A model generated the notes under the pieces. That model had not been told where the DNA came from, did not search any database, and was given only the letters and a program-made list of their open reading frames with translations. A stretch of 56,295 nucleotides of DNA from assembly GCA_031431875.1 (NCBI GenBank), contig JANPEF010000075.1, positions 1 to 56,295 on the forward strand. Reading direction: 5' to 3'. Below, piece after piece: positions 20,115 to 29,020 of the stretch. Numbering within the stretch: the stretch's first letter is position 1; each line of letters begins with the position of its first letter. Source of the stretch: Candidatus Eiseniibacteriota bacterium. GTDB lineage: Bacteria; Eisenbacteria; RBG-16-71-46; DASYSL01. A program made the translations under genes and the position numbers.

Positions 20115-20187
20115 GCGCCGCTAGCTCAATTGGCAGAGCAAGTGACTCTTAATCACTAGGTTCTAGGTTCGATTCCTAGGCGGCGCA
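20115..20187 (+). tRNA. tRNA-Lys (anticodon CTT), CCA not encoded
   Basis: Acceptor GCGCCGC/GCGGCGC, D arm GCTC..GAGC, anticodon arm AGTGA-ctCTTaa-TCACT, T arm CTAGG-TTCGATT-CCTAG. Confidence 0.95.
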
Positions 20188-21539
20188 CTCTTCCCTTCGT
20201 CGTCCGGCGGCACGGCTGAGTTCGCCGGCCCGGCCACGTCCGCCGCCGACGGCCCGGCGCCTCCGCCCTCGTCCAGCTTGAACAGGTAGCGCAGCGCACC
20301 CGCGAGCGCGATCCCCCGCTCCCCGGCGCCGACGTGCCGCAGCTGCGTCACCGGCCCGTGCAGGATCTTGTTCGCCAGCGCCTCGCCCAGCTGCTCGACG
20401 GTTGCCCGATCCTTCTCCGATAGATGGTCGAGCTTCTTCAGGATACGCGCGGTCTCGCCCTCCCGCAGCGCCTCGACGTGCGCCTTGAGCGCGACGATCG
20501 TCGGCACCGCGTCGAGTCCCGCGAACCACTCCTCGAAGCGCGCGGTCTCCTCGCCGACGATCGCACCGGCCCGCTCGGCCTCGGCCTCGCGGCGCTCGCG
20601 GTTGCCGGCGACGACCCGCCCCAGCTCGTCGATGTCATACAGAAATACGTTGTACACCTGCCCGCACGCCGCCTCGATGTCGCGCGGCACCGCGATGTCG
20701 ACGAGGAACAGCGGACGGCCCTTGCGCTCCTTCATGGCGCGCTCGAGGTCGGCGCGGTGGAGGATCGGCTCGGGCGCGCCGGTCGAGGAGACGACCACGT
20801 CGACCTTCGCCAGCGCGGCCGGCACGTCGGTGAGCGCGATCGCGCGGCCGCCCAGCTCGGCGGCGAGCGCTGCGGCCGCGGCCGGCGTGCGGTTGGCGAC
20901 CCACAGGTCGGTCACCCCCGCGGTCTTCAGGTGGCGCATCGTCAACTCGCCGGTCTCGCCCGCGCCGATGATCAGGGCCGCGCGTCCACCCAGCGCTCCG
21001 AAGATCTTCTTGGCCAGCTCGACGGCCGCAAACGAGACGGAGACGGCGTAGGCGCCGATGTCGGTCTCGGTGCGCACGCGCTTGCCCACCTCGACGGCGT
21101 GGCGGAACAGGCGGTCGAGCACCGGACCCAGGGCATGCGAGTCGGCAGCGGCACGCCAGGCGTCCTTCACCTGGCCCAGCACCTGCGGCTCGCCGACGAT
21201 CATCGAGTCGATCGAGCCGGCGACGCGGAACAGGTGGCGCGCGGCCGCCGGGCCCTCGAAGTGGTACAGGAACTCGTCGGGCAGCGCGCCACGGCCGCGC
21301 TCGGCGGCCAGGGCGCGCAAAAGGATGGCGAGCGCTTCGCGCCCGCCATGATACGTGTCGGTGAGGGCCACGATCTCGCTGCGGTTGCAGGTCGAGACGA
21401 TCACCGCCTCGCGCACGCCCTCGTGCGCGCGCACGCGGGCCAGCGCCGCCGGCAGCTCGTCCGGGGACAGCGCGATCTTCTCGCGCACGTCGAGCGGTGC
21501 GGTGTGATGGGAGAGACCGACGATCACGACATGCGCCAC
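20163..21539 (-). CDS. hemA: Glutamyl-tRNA reductase
   Basis: VGLSHHTAP, STCNRSE, HLFRVAGSIDSMIVGEPQVLGQVK, IGAGE, DIAVPRD; AGGAGG RBS. Confidence 0.95.
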   Translation of the reverse strand: MAHVVIVGLSHHTAPLDVREKIALSPDELPAALARVRAHEGVREAVIVSTCNRSEIVALTDTYHGGREALAILLRALAAERGRGALPDEFLYHFEGPAAARHLFRVAGSIDSMIVGEPQVLGQVKDAWRAAADSHALGPVLDRLFRHAVEVGKRVRTETDIGAYAVSVSFAAVELAKKIFGALGGRAALIIGAGETGELTMRHLKTAGVTDLWVANRTPAAAAALAAELGGRAIALTDVPAALAKVDVVVSSTGAPEPILHRADLERAMKERKGRPLFLVDIAVPRDIEAACGQVYNVFLYDIDELGRVVAGNRERREAEAERAGAIVGEETARFEEWFAGLDAVPTIVALKAHVEALREGETARILKKLDHLSEKDRATVEQLGEALANKILHGPVTQLRHVGAGERGIALAGALRYLFKLDEGGGAGPSAADVAGPANSAVPPDDEGKSAPPRNRT

Positions 21540-21547
21540 GGCCCCTC

Positions 21548-22378
21548 CTAGAACACGTGTCGGCCGGAGCCGAGGAAGAGGTTCGTGCCGAGGAACGTCC
21601 CGACCGAGAGGATGAACCCGAGTGCGGCGAGCCACGCCGCGCGCGCGCCCTGCCAGCCCGCGAACGCACGCGTCAGCAGGTACGCGAGGTAGACGCTCCA
21701 CGACAGCAGCGTCCACACGCCCTTCGCCTCCCAGACATAGAGCACGTTCCACTCGAGGCGCGCCCACATCATGCCCGCGACGATACCCGCGGTCAGCAGC
21801 ACGAAGCCGAGCTGCACGGTGCGATGGCCCAGCCGGTCGAGATCGTCGAGCGACGGCAGCCGGGCGAACATGCGGCCCACCCGCTTGTGCGCGATCTCGT
21901 CGAACAGCAGCAGGTACATCACACCGGCGCAGAACGCGACCGACAGCGCCGAGTAGCCGAGGAACACGGTCACCGCATGGAGCACGAACAGCCGATTGTG
22001 GAACAGCGTACTGACCGGCGCCGGCGGCGCCATGAACGCGGCGGCGGCGGCGGCGAGGATCGTGGCCAGCGGGACGAGGAACGCGCCCATCGTCCGGTGC
22101 GCCTCGGGCCGCACGAGCGAGAGGAACACGACGAGCAGCAGCCACGCATAGAAGAGGAGCGCCTCGAACGAGGTGACCAGCGGCACCGTCCCCAGCTCGA
22201 ACGCGCGCACCAGCAGCGCGCCCGTCAGGCAGAGGACGGCGCCGAGCACGTATCGCGAAGTGGAGGGGGTGGCGGGACCCGCAGTGGCGGTGGTGAGACC
22301 CCGGACATAGGCCACGCTCGCCACGGTCGCCAGGGCGACGCCCGCCCAGCGCAGCACCACGAGCAGACCTTCGATCAT
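21548..22378 (-). CDS. Cytochrome c biogenesis CcsA/HemX-like membrane protein
   Basis: About 8 TM helices, LHAV...GY, LPSLDDLDRL, G..WA..W....W.AK, GWQG.R.A; upstream of hemA. Confidence 0.85.
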   Translation of the reverse strand: MIEGLLVVLRWAGVALATVASVAYVRGLTTATAGPATPSTSRYVLGAVLCLTGALLVRAFELGTVPLVTSFEALLFYAWLLLVVFLSLVRPEAHRTMGAFLVPLATILAAAAAAFMAPPAPVSTLFHNRLFVLHAVTVFLGYSALSVAFCAGVMYLLLFDEIAHKRVGRMFARLPSLDDLDRLGHRTVQLGFVLLTAGIVAGMMWARLEWNVLYVWEAKGVWTLLSWSVYLAYLLTRAFAGWQGARAAWLAALGFILSVGTFLGTNLFLGSGRHVF

Positions 22379-22456
22379 GGGGCGAAGATGCCGGAAACGG
22401 CGGGGTTTGGCAACGGCGCGGGCGAGCGGGCGGGCGGGCGGGCGATCAGACGGAGC

Positions 22457-23878
22457 CTAGCCCGCGGCCAGCGCGCCCGCGACGGCACGCACGAACGCCG
22501 GCAACTCGGGGGCGAACAGCCCCAGGGCGAATTCGGCGGCCATGGCGACGACGAAGGCCAGTGTCCAGCGCGAGGTCACGTCGAATGTGAAGGCGAGCGA
22601 GGAGGAAGTGCCCGGCCCAATGCTCGCCTCCGGCGGAGCTGGAGCACGGAACCACAGAGTGCGCACCAGGCGCCCGACGACGAGCACGCGCAGGAACCCG
22701 CCGCCGGCGACGACCAGCAGCACGAGGCCCGCCGGCGCATCGGCCGCACGCCACAACTCACCACGGGCGGCCAGCGAGAACGTGCCCGGCATGCCCGCCC
22801 ACAGGAGTGCCGCGAGTGCCAGCGCCAGGGCCGTGCGCGGTCGGCGCGCGGCGAAACCGGCAAGGCGCTCGAGGTGATCGGCCGGGCGCGGGTCGTTCGC
22901 ATCGGCCGCAGCGCGCACGCCTGCGAGCGCGGCCGCCGTCGCGATCCACGCGAGGCCGTAGCCCAGGAGCCCGGTCGCGACCGCCCCGCCGTCGGTCCCT
23001 CCCGCATGGATCGCGAGGAGCAGCTCGGACGAGGTGCCCACCGCAAGGAGCGCGAGGACGCGCCCCGCGCGCTCCTCGGCGAGTGCCGCGAGCGCCGGCA
23101 CGATCGCGCCGAGCACGAGGAAGATGCCCACGGCCGCCGCGGCGTCAAAGCTCCACGACTCGAGCGCGGGCGCGAGGCCGGTCGACAGGCGAACGACCAG
23201 GCTCCAGCCCGCCCATGGCCAGGCGATCGCGAGCCACCCGGCGACGGGGGCGGAGCCCTCGCCCCACAGCTCGGGCGTGGCGAGATGGAACGGCGCCCAG
23301 GCCGCGAGGATCGCCGCGGCGACGACGGCGACGCGGACTGCGGTCAGCGCCAGCGGCCCCGCATCGGTGAAGCGTGTGACGAGGAAGCCGATCTCGACGA
23401 GGTTGGTCGAGCCCGCAAGGGCGGCGAGCGTCACGAGCGCCGCACCCAGCAGTCCGCAGGCGAGTGCCCCGAGCAGGAACGCCGCGAACGCATGGCGCGC
23501 GGCGTGGCGGCGATCATCGCCGAGGACGATGGCCAGCGGCACGGTCACGGCCGCGAGCGCCGGCCCCGCCCACAGCGCGCGCACGTCCTGTGCGCCGGCC
23601 GCGAACGACAGCCCGAACGCGGCGAGCGCGAGCAGCATCCCGGCGCCGAAGCGGCGCAGGCCAGGCACGCGCACCAGGCCCAGGGCCGAGATGCCGGTGA
23701 TCGCACACAACGCCCCGCGCGCGACCCGCGACCAACCGTCGTCGAGCCACATTCCCGACGGATCGAGCACGGCCGGTGCGCCGACGCCGGCGAGCGCGGT
23801 CGCACCGGCGCCGACGAGGGAGAGCGAGAGCGCGGCGTGGAGAACGGCGGCGAAGCGGTCGAGGAGGCGTGGGGTCAC
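22457..23878 (-). CDS. Highly diverged NuoN-like antiporter-fold membrane protein
   Basis: LAGSTNL, APFHLATPELWGEGSAPVAGWL (cf. PFH.W.PD.Y.GAP.PV..FL), LAGFAARRP, AGMPGT; GTGA coupling. Confidence 0.75.
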   Translation of the reverse strand: MTPRLLDRFAAVLHAALSLSLVGAGATALAGVGAPAVLDPSGMWLDDGWSRVARGALCAITGISALGLVRVPGLRRFGAGMLLALAAFGLSFAAGAQDVRALWAGPALAAVTVPLAIVLGDDRRHAARHAFAAFLLGALACGLLGAALVTLAALAGSTNLVEIGFLVTRFTDAGPLALTAVRVAVVAAAILAAWAPFHLATPELWGEGSAPVAGWLAIAWPWAGWSLVVRLSTGLAPALESWSFDAAAAVGIFLVLGAIVPALAALAEERAGRVLALLAVGTSSELLLAIHAGGTDGGAVATGLLGYGLAWIATAAALAGVRAAADANDPRPADHLERLAGFAARRPRTALALALAALLWAGMPGTFSLAARGELWRAADAPAGLVLLVVAGGGFLRVLVVGRLVRTLWFRAPAPPEASIGPGTSSSLAFTFDVTSRWTLAFVVAMAAEFALGLFAPELPAFVRAVAGALAAG

Positions 23879-25305
23879 GGCATCACCGGCCACAGCCCAC
23901 CGAGCCCACCCAGCGGAGGCTCGAGCGCGGCGAGAAAGACCAGCGTCAACGCGATCCCCGCGACGAACCACCACTCGCGGCCGCGCAGCTCGGGCGCCTC
24001 GATCGGCGTCGGCGGCGCGCCGCGCAGCGTGCGATAGACCGCGAGGATGAGCGCGAACGAACCGAGAGCTCCGCCGGCCGCGAGGCCGGCGCCCACAGCA
24101 GGCCGCAGGATCACGGCACGCGCAAGGACCAACAGGGGTTCTCCATGCGCAGCCAGCAACGGCGCCGTGACCACCGTGAAGAGCGTGAACCCGAGCAGCG
24201 CCGAGCGCAGCAGCGCGGTGCGCGCCAGGCCACCGTAGGCGCGGAGGTCACCGGTGCGGGTGAACGCCCACAGCCGCGCGTAGGCGACGACGAGCGCCAC
24301 CAGCGCAACGATCACGACCAGCGCCCAGCCGCCCACGATGGCGCGACCCTCGGTCGGCGAGAGCAAGGCCAGGAGTCCGCACCACACGGCGCCCTGCGCC
24401 GCGAGGTAGCCGCCGAGGCGACGGCGCAGGTCGTCCTGCGGCAGCGCGACGAGACCGCTCCACACTGCGGCGACGGCCGAGGCCGCGGCGATCGCGTCGC
24501 GCGCCGGTCCCGGACCGAGCACCGCCAGCCCGTCGTGCGCGGCGCGCAGGCCGGTCGTGAGGAACGCGACACCGACCAGCAGCAGCGCACCGGTGGGCAG
24601 GATCTCGCAGCAGCGCAGCAGCGTGGCGTGAAACGGCACGACGCCAAGGCGGATCGCCCCGGCGAAGAACAACAACCACGCGAACCCCGGCACGAACCCC
24701 GCGATGAAGACGCATGCCGCCGCCGTCGCATGGACCACGAACGGGCCGACCGCGCGCTCCCCCTGCCCCGCCGCGTCCTGGTGCCCGAGCAGGAAGAACA
24801 CCGCCCACGCGCCGCCGAGCCAGCCGAACGCAGCAAGCTCCGGGCCGCCGGCGAGCAGCGCGGCCTGCGATGACGCAGTCAGGAAGAGCAGCCAGCCCGA
24901 GCGTGCCGGCTCCCACGTGCGCGGCTCGGCGATCGCGAGCGCGAGCGGCGCGACGATTCCGACCGCGAGCGCAGGCACCAGGTTCCACGGCGTCAGCACG
25001 AGGCCCGCGCCGCCCGGCACGCGCTCGAGCCAGCGCACCGCACCGGGCTCGCCACCGGCGCCAAACCACGCGGCAGCGACGAGAAACAGCGCACCGGGCA
25101 GCGCCCACAGGAACGACGTGCGCGCGAACAGCGTCCCGAATCGAGTCGGAGTGAACGGCGCGAGCAGCGCACCCAGCAGCGGCAGGAGCACGACGAGCCC
25201 GAGCGGACCCAGCGGATCGAAGTCGGCGGGAGTCGGTGCGGGCGACAGCAGCCACGGCCAGGGGCCGGGAACGCCGCGGAAGGGATCGAACGGAGGCCCG
25301 TTCAC
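23875..25305 (-). CDS. Highly diverged NuoM-like antiporter-fold membrane protein
   Basis: LPLLGALL, W...FFLLG, AIRLGVVPFHATL, ALPQDDLRRRLGGY, RTGDL..YGGLA, HGEPLLV, EL..REW; GTGA coupling. Confidence 0.75.
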   Translation of the reverse strand: MNGPPFDPFRGVPGPWPWLLSPAPTPADFDPLGPLGLVVLLPLLGALLAPFTPTRFGTLFARTSFLWALPGALFLVAAAWFGAGGEPGAVRWLERVPGGAGLVLTPWNLVPALAVGIVAPLALAIAEPRTWEPARSGWLLFLTASSQAALLAGGPELAAFGWLGGAWAVFFLLGHQDAAGQGERAVGPFVVHATAAACVFIAGFVPGFAWLLFFAGAIRLGVVPFHATLLRCCEILPTGALLLVGVAFLTTGLRAAHDGLAVLGPGPARDAIAAASAVAAVWSGLVALPQDDLRRRLGGYLAAQGAVWCGLLALLSPTEGRAIVGGWALVVIVALVALVVAYARLWAFTRTGDLRAYGGLARTALLRSALLGFTLFTVVTAPLLAAHGEPLLVLARAVILRPAVGAGLAAGGALGSFALILAVYRTLRGAPPTPIEAPELRGREWWFVAGIALTLVFLAALEPPLGGLGGLWPVMP

Positions 25306-25535
25306 GAGCCGAACAGGCGCCCGACGACGAGGAGCGCGAGGCCCGCGAGGTACAGGAGCGCCATGTCCTGCGCGGTGCCCTGGTGGGCGCGCGCGACGGC
25401 GGCGGCAAGCGCGCGGCCGAACGACAGCAGCGAACGCGCCGGGTTGCGCACGAACGTCGCGTCGACGCCGACCACTCCGCGGGCCAGCGCGAAGAGCGCC
25501 CGCGTGGCGTCGCGCAGGATGCGGCCGGGGCTCAC
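25302..25535 (-). CDS. 77-aa protein resembling the NuoL C-terminal lateral helix end plus last TM helix
   Basis: VDATFVRNPARSLLSFGRAL...HQGTAQDMALLYLAGLALLVV; GTGA-coupled on both sides; nuoL position directly before nuoM. Confidence 0.55.
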   Translation of the reverse strand: MSPGRILRDATRALFALARGVVGVDATFVRNPARSLLSFGRALAAAVARAHQGTAQDMALLYLAGLALLVVGRLFGS

Positions 25536-26512
25536 GACGAGAGATCCTCACGCTCGAGCAGCAGTTCCTGGCGGATCAGGCGCACCGACGGATCGTCGGG
25601 ATCGAGTGCGGCGGCACGATCGAGATCCTCGAGCGCGCCGAAGAGGTCCTCGCGCTCGACGTAGCGCAGGAGCCCGCGGTGATAGAGCGCGACCGCGTTC
25701 TCGGAATCGCGGCGTACCACTTCGTCGAGCTCGCCGATCGCCTCGTCGACGCGGGCGAGATCGGCCAGAAGGAGCGCGCGCTTGAGGCGCGTCTCGTCGT
25801 CGTCGGGATCGAGCGCCAGCGCCGTGGCGAAGTGCCGCTCGGCGCGCTCGCGCTCGCCGGTGCGCCGGCACAGGTCGCCGCGGCGGCGATGGAGCGCGGC
25901 CGACTCGGGCTCGAGCTCGAGCGCGCGATCGAGCACGCGCGCCGCCTCGGCCCACTCCTCGAGCCCGGTCAGCGCGTTCGCCAGGTGCAGGAGCGGTGCG
26001 CTCTCGTCGGGCTGGCCGTCGGCCCAGCGACGCAGCTCGGGCAGCGCGGCCTCGAGGTCGCCGCGCGCGTTGGCGAGGCCCGCCAGGCGCGCGCGCGCCA
26101 GGTGCGCGTTCGGCTCGAGCATGGCCGCGCGCGTCATGCACTCCTCCGCCTCGGCGTAGTCCTCCTCGGACTCGGCGACGAGCCCGAGCAGCAGCCAGCC
26201 GTTGACCAACTCGGGATCGAGCTCGACGGCGCGACGCAGGTGATCGCGGGCGCGCGACGGCCCGCCCTCGAGCACGTCGACGAGGCCCAGGTAGAGCGCC
26301 GACGGCCCGTGCCCCGGATCGAGCTCGAGGCAGCGCCGGAATTGCTCGCGGGCGCGGCCCCACTCTCCTTCGACCAGCAGCGCGAGCCCCTGGTGCAGCC
26401 GCTCGCGCAGGCTCCCGGCAAGCGCGCCGCCATGCTCGATCAGGCGCACGCCGCACTGCGCGCAGAAGCGGTGCTCGTCGGGGTTGCCGGTCTGGCAGCG
26501 CGGACAGGTCAC
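25532..26512 (-). CDS. Zinc-ribbon plus tetratricopeptide-repeat protein
   Basis: CPRC..GN....RFCAQCG followed by about 8 TPRs (A..L.RA.ELDP...); GTGA overlap. Confidence 0.85.
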   Translation of the reverse strand: MTCPRCQTGNPDEHRFCAQCGVRLIEHGGALAGSLRERLHQGLALLVEGEWGRAREQFRRCLELDPGHGPSALYLGLVDVLEGGPSRARDHLRRAVELDPELVNGWLLLGLVAESEEDYAEAEECMTRAAMLEPNAHLARARLAGLANARGDLEAALPELRRWADGQPDESAPLLHLANALTGLEEWAEAARVLDRALELEPESAALHRRRGDLCRRTGERERAERHFATALALDPDDDETRLKRALLLADLARVDEAIGELDEVVRRDSENAVALYHRGLLRYVEREDLFGALEDLDRAAALDPDDPSVRLIRQELLLEREDLSS

Positions 26513-27204
26513 GGGGCGTCCTCCTCCAGCGGTTCGATCCACGGCCCGTGCCCGCGCTCGAGCGCGGCGGCGGCGAGCGCGAGCCCGCCCGTGCCGACGA
26601 GCGCGGCGAATCCGAGCAACAGCGCGGCGAAGCTCGCGGCCTGCGGAAACGGCAGCGTCGCGGTGAGCGCGGCCAGTGCCAGCGCACAGAGCGTCGCCGC
26701 GAGCACCAGGCTCACGCCGTGCCGTCGCGTCAGCACGCCGACGAGCCCGGCGGCGCCCAGCGCACCCGCGGTGAGCACGGCCGACACCGACGCCGCATCG
26801 CGGTCGGGCCAGTCGACGGCGAGTGCCGCAATCGCGACCGCCGCTCCAAGCACGCCGACCATGGCGAGCGCGAGCAAGCGCTGCTCGTTCCCGGGTGCGG
26901 TGCGCGGCGCGCCCGGCACGCGGCGCGCCACGCCCGCGGTGAGTGCGGCGCCGATCGCGACGCAGGCGGCAACCCACGCCACCGCGAACCCGAGCCGGCC
27001 CTGCCCCAGCTCGGCGAGCACGAGGCCCAGTGCACCGCCGGCGAGCGTGAAGGCGAGGCTCGCCTCGCCCGGGTGCCGGCGCGTGAGCGCGAACGCGGCG
27101 GCGACGAACGACGCGGCCCCGGCGGCGAGGATCGACGGCGCCCACGGCAACTGACGGACGTACTCGACGGCGGGATCGACCGACGGCTGGATGAGCGCGA
27201 TCAC
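26509..27204 (-). CDS. Putative NuoJ-NuoK fusion-like membrane protein (diverged)
   Basis: N-half AFALTRRHPGEASLAF (cf. NuoJ V..RNPVHSAL.L); C-half GLVGVLTRRHGVSLVL...GGLAL....R (cf. NuoK G..GVL.RRN.I..L...VGLA). Confidence 0.6.
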   Translation of the reverse strand: MIALIQPSVDPAVEYVRQLPWAPSILAAGAASFVAAAFALTRRHPGEASLAFTLAGGALGLVLAELGQGRLGFAVAWVAACVAIGAALTAGVARRVPGAPRTAPGNEQRLLALAMVGVLGAAVAIAALAVDWPDRDAASVSAVLTAGALGAAGLVGVLTRRHGVSLVLAATLCALALAALTATLPFPQAASFAALLLGFAALVGTGGLALAAAALERGHGPWIEPLEEDAP

Positions 27205-28328
27205 GCGGCTTGAACCGGAGCCGACGCAGTCGGCGACGGGAGCACGAAGCGCCGCACCAGCGCCCTTGCCGCGAGCAGGGCGACGACGGCGACGACAATG
27301 CGCAGTGCGAGCAGCATGCTTCCCCGGAGAGCGCCCGCCTCCGGCGGAATCATCACGATCGGCAACGCCGCAAGGATCACGATCCACGCGCCGTGCGCCA
27401 CGCGCGAGAGCGTGCGGACGACCGGGTTTGGCTCGGCCGCATCGCCGCCCCACGGCGGCGCGAACGATCCCGCGCGCGCGGGTGCACCCGGCAACGCGAG
27501 CACGCCGGCGAGTGCGAACGCGACCAGCGCCCAGGGCGCCGGCGCGAAGACCAGCGCCCCGATCCACACCGGCGCGACGGCGAGCTGGCGCAGCGCGGCA
27601 TCGCGACGCAGGCGCGCGGCTTCGGGACGATTCGAGCGCTCGGCCGCGGCGGCGTAGGCGACGGGCACGGCGAGCAGCGCGATCGCGACGGCCGGCACGG
27701 GCGAGGGCCCACCCCCCAGCCCGACCAGCAAGGCGCCGAACGCGAACACGGTCGAGGCGAAGAGCACGATCGAGGCGAAGCCCACGCCGAAGGGTTCGCT
27801 CGGACCGCGCGCCACCGAAAGCAGCGCCGGCATGTCGAGTGCCTCGTCGTCCGGGGCCCGGGAGCCCGCGGGGACGAAGCGCGCGAGGAGCCGCACGATC
27901 GCGCGATCGAGCAGGGAGACCGCGAGGGCGGCGGCGAGCGTGAGCAGGAACCCGAGGCTCGCGATGAGCAGAAGCGTCGACGCGCGCGCTACAAGCGCGG
28001 CCCACGTCGGCGGCGCATGCACGAGCACCGGCGATGGAGCGTTCGCCGCGGCGAAGAATTGGCTGCCACCGGCGGCGCCCGCGACACCGAGCAACGCGAC
28101 GAGCGCGATCAGCGCCAGCGCGCCGAACACCGGCGGCGCGGTCGCGGGATCGAGCGCGACTTCGTTGTCGTCGGGAGTCACCACGGTAGCCGCGTCGCCG
28201 CGCGCCTGCACGAGGCGCCGCCGCCACCACTCGAGCGAGAGGCGGCGCAGGCGCACGACACCCAGCGCGAGGCCCGCCACAAACGCGGCCAGCAACGCTC
28301 CGGCGACCGGACCGAGATATGGATCCAT
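27201..28328 (-). CDS. Diverged NuoH-like polytopic membrane protein (N-terminus possibly NuoA-like)
   Basis: AVSLLDRAIVRLL (cf. LERK), SNRPEAARLRR..LRQL (cf. S.NKYS.LG..R...Q), AGSFAPP (cf. R.PFD.PE); about 9 TM helices; position before nuoJK-like gene. Confidence 0.45.
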   Translation of the reverse strand: MDPYLGPVAGALLAAFVAGLALGVVRLRRLSLEWWRRRLVQARGDAATVVTPDDNEVALDPATAPPVFGALALIALVALLGVAGAAGGSQFFAAANAPSPVLVHAPPTWAALVARASTLLLIASLGFLLTLAAALAVSLLDRAIVRLLARFVPAGSRAPDDEALDMPALLSVARGPSEPFGVGFASIVLFASTVFAFGALLVGLGGGPSPVPAVAIALLAVPVAYAAAAERSNRPEAARLRRDAALRQLAVAPVWIGALVFAPAPWALVAFALAGVLALPGAPARAGSFAPPWGGDAAEPNPVVRTLSRVAHGAWIVILAALPIVMIPPEAGALRGSMLLALRIVVAVVALLAARALVRRFVLPSPTASAPVQAA

Positions 28329-28338
28329 GGGTGGGGCG

Positions 28339-28803
28339 CTACAGGTACTTCGCCTCGGCGTCGCGGAGCTGCTGCAGGAAGTCCTGCGCGGTCTCGGCCG
28401 ACTTCAGCGCGTCGCGCACCTTGTCTTCCTTCAAGAGCCGGCTGATGTTGGCCAGCACCTTGACGTGCGAGCCGCCGACGTTCTCGGGCGAGACGAGGAG
28501 GATGAACAGCGTCGCGGGCTGCCGGTCGACGGCATCGAAATCGACTCCCGAGCGCGACACGCCGCACGCGGCGACGAGATGGTCGACCGCCCGCGACTTG
28601 CCGTGCGGGATGGCGATGCCGTTGCCGATGCCGGTCGACATCATGGCCTCGCGCTTGAGCACGCCGGCAAGGATCTCGCCCTTGGACTCGGCGGCATGCG
28701 ATTTCTCGAGCAGTTCGACGAGCTCGACGATGACGTCCTGCTTGGTCGTCGCGGCCAGTTCGACGCTCACGGCTTCGGGATTGAGCAGTTGGGATAGGAT
28801 CAT
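28339..28803 (-). CDS. PTS EIIA domain protein (fructose/nitrogen, PtsN-like)
   Basis: REAMMSTGIGNGIAIPHGK, GVDFDAVD.QP, HVKVLANISRLL. Confidence 0.92.
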   Translation of the reverse strand: MILSQLLNPEAVSVELAATTKQDVIVELVELLEKSHAAESKGEILAGVLKREAMMSTGIGNGIAIPHGKSRAVDHLVAACGVSRSGVDFDAVDRQPATLFILLVSPENVGGSHVKVLANISRLLKEDKVRDALKSAETAQDFLQQLRDAEAKYL

Positions 28804-29020
28804 GGGGTCGGGACGAGGGAGTCGACGGGGGTGACACGGGCGCTCCGGGCCGTCCCCGGCACCCGCAAGTGACGTTCCTGCAAGCGTCGGGACCATAGCA
28901 CGGCGGCCCCGTGTGCGATACAATCGATGCGGCCCCCGACGGATCGCGGCCCTCCCGGCCCATTCGTGGCCGATTGCGAACTCCATTGGAAACCCGATTC
29001 CGCCGCCCTCCTGGTCCCGT

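Noticed and set aside
21548..22378. ccsA-hemA as part of the Nuo-like system
   Set aside because: Separated by a 78-bp gap, and ccsA/hemX-hemA is a common independent pair; linkage unproven.
22457..28328. Calling the nuo-like genes pseudogenes or assigning nuo gene symbols
   Set aside because: Frames are intact and coupled, so not evident pseudogenes; too diverged and lacking key residues for orthologous symbols.
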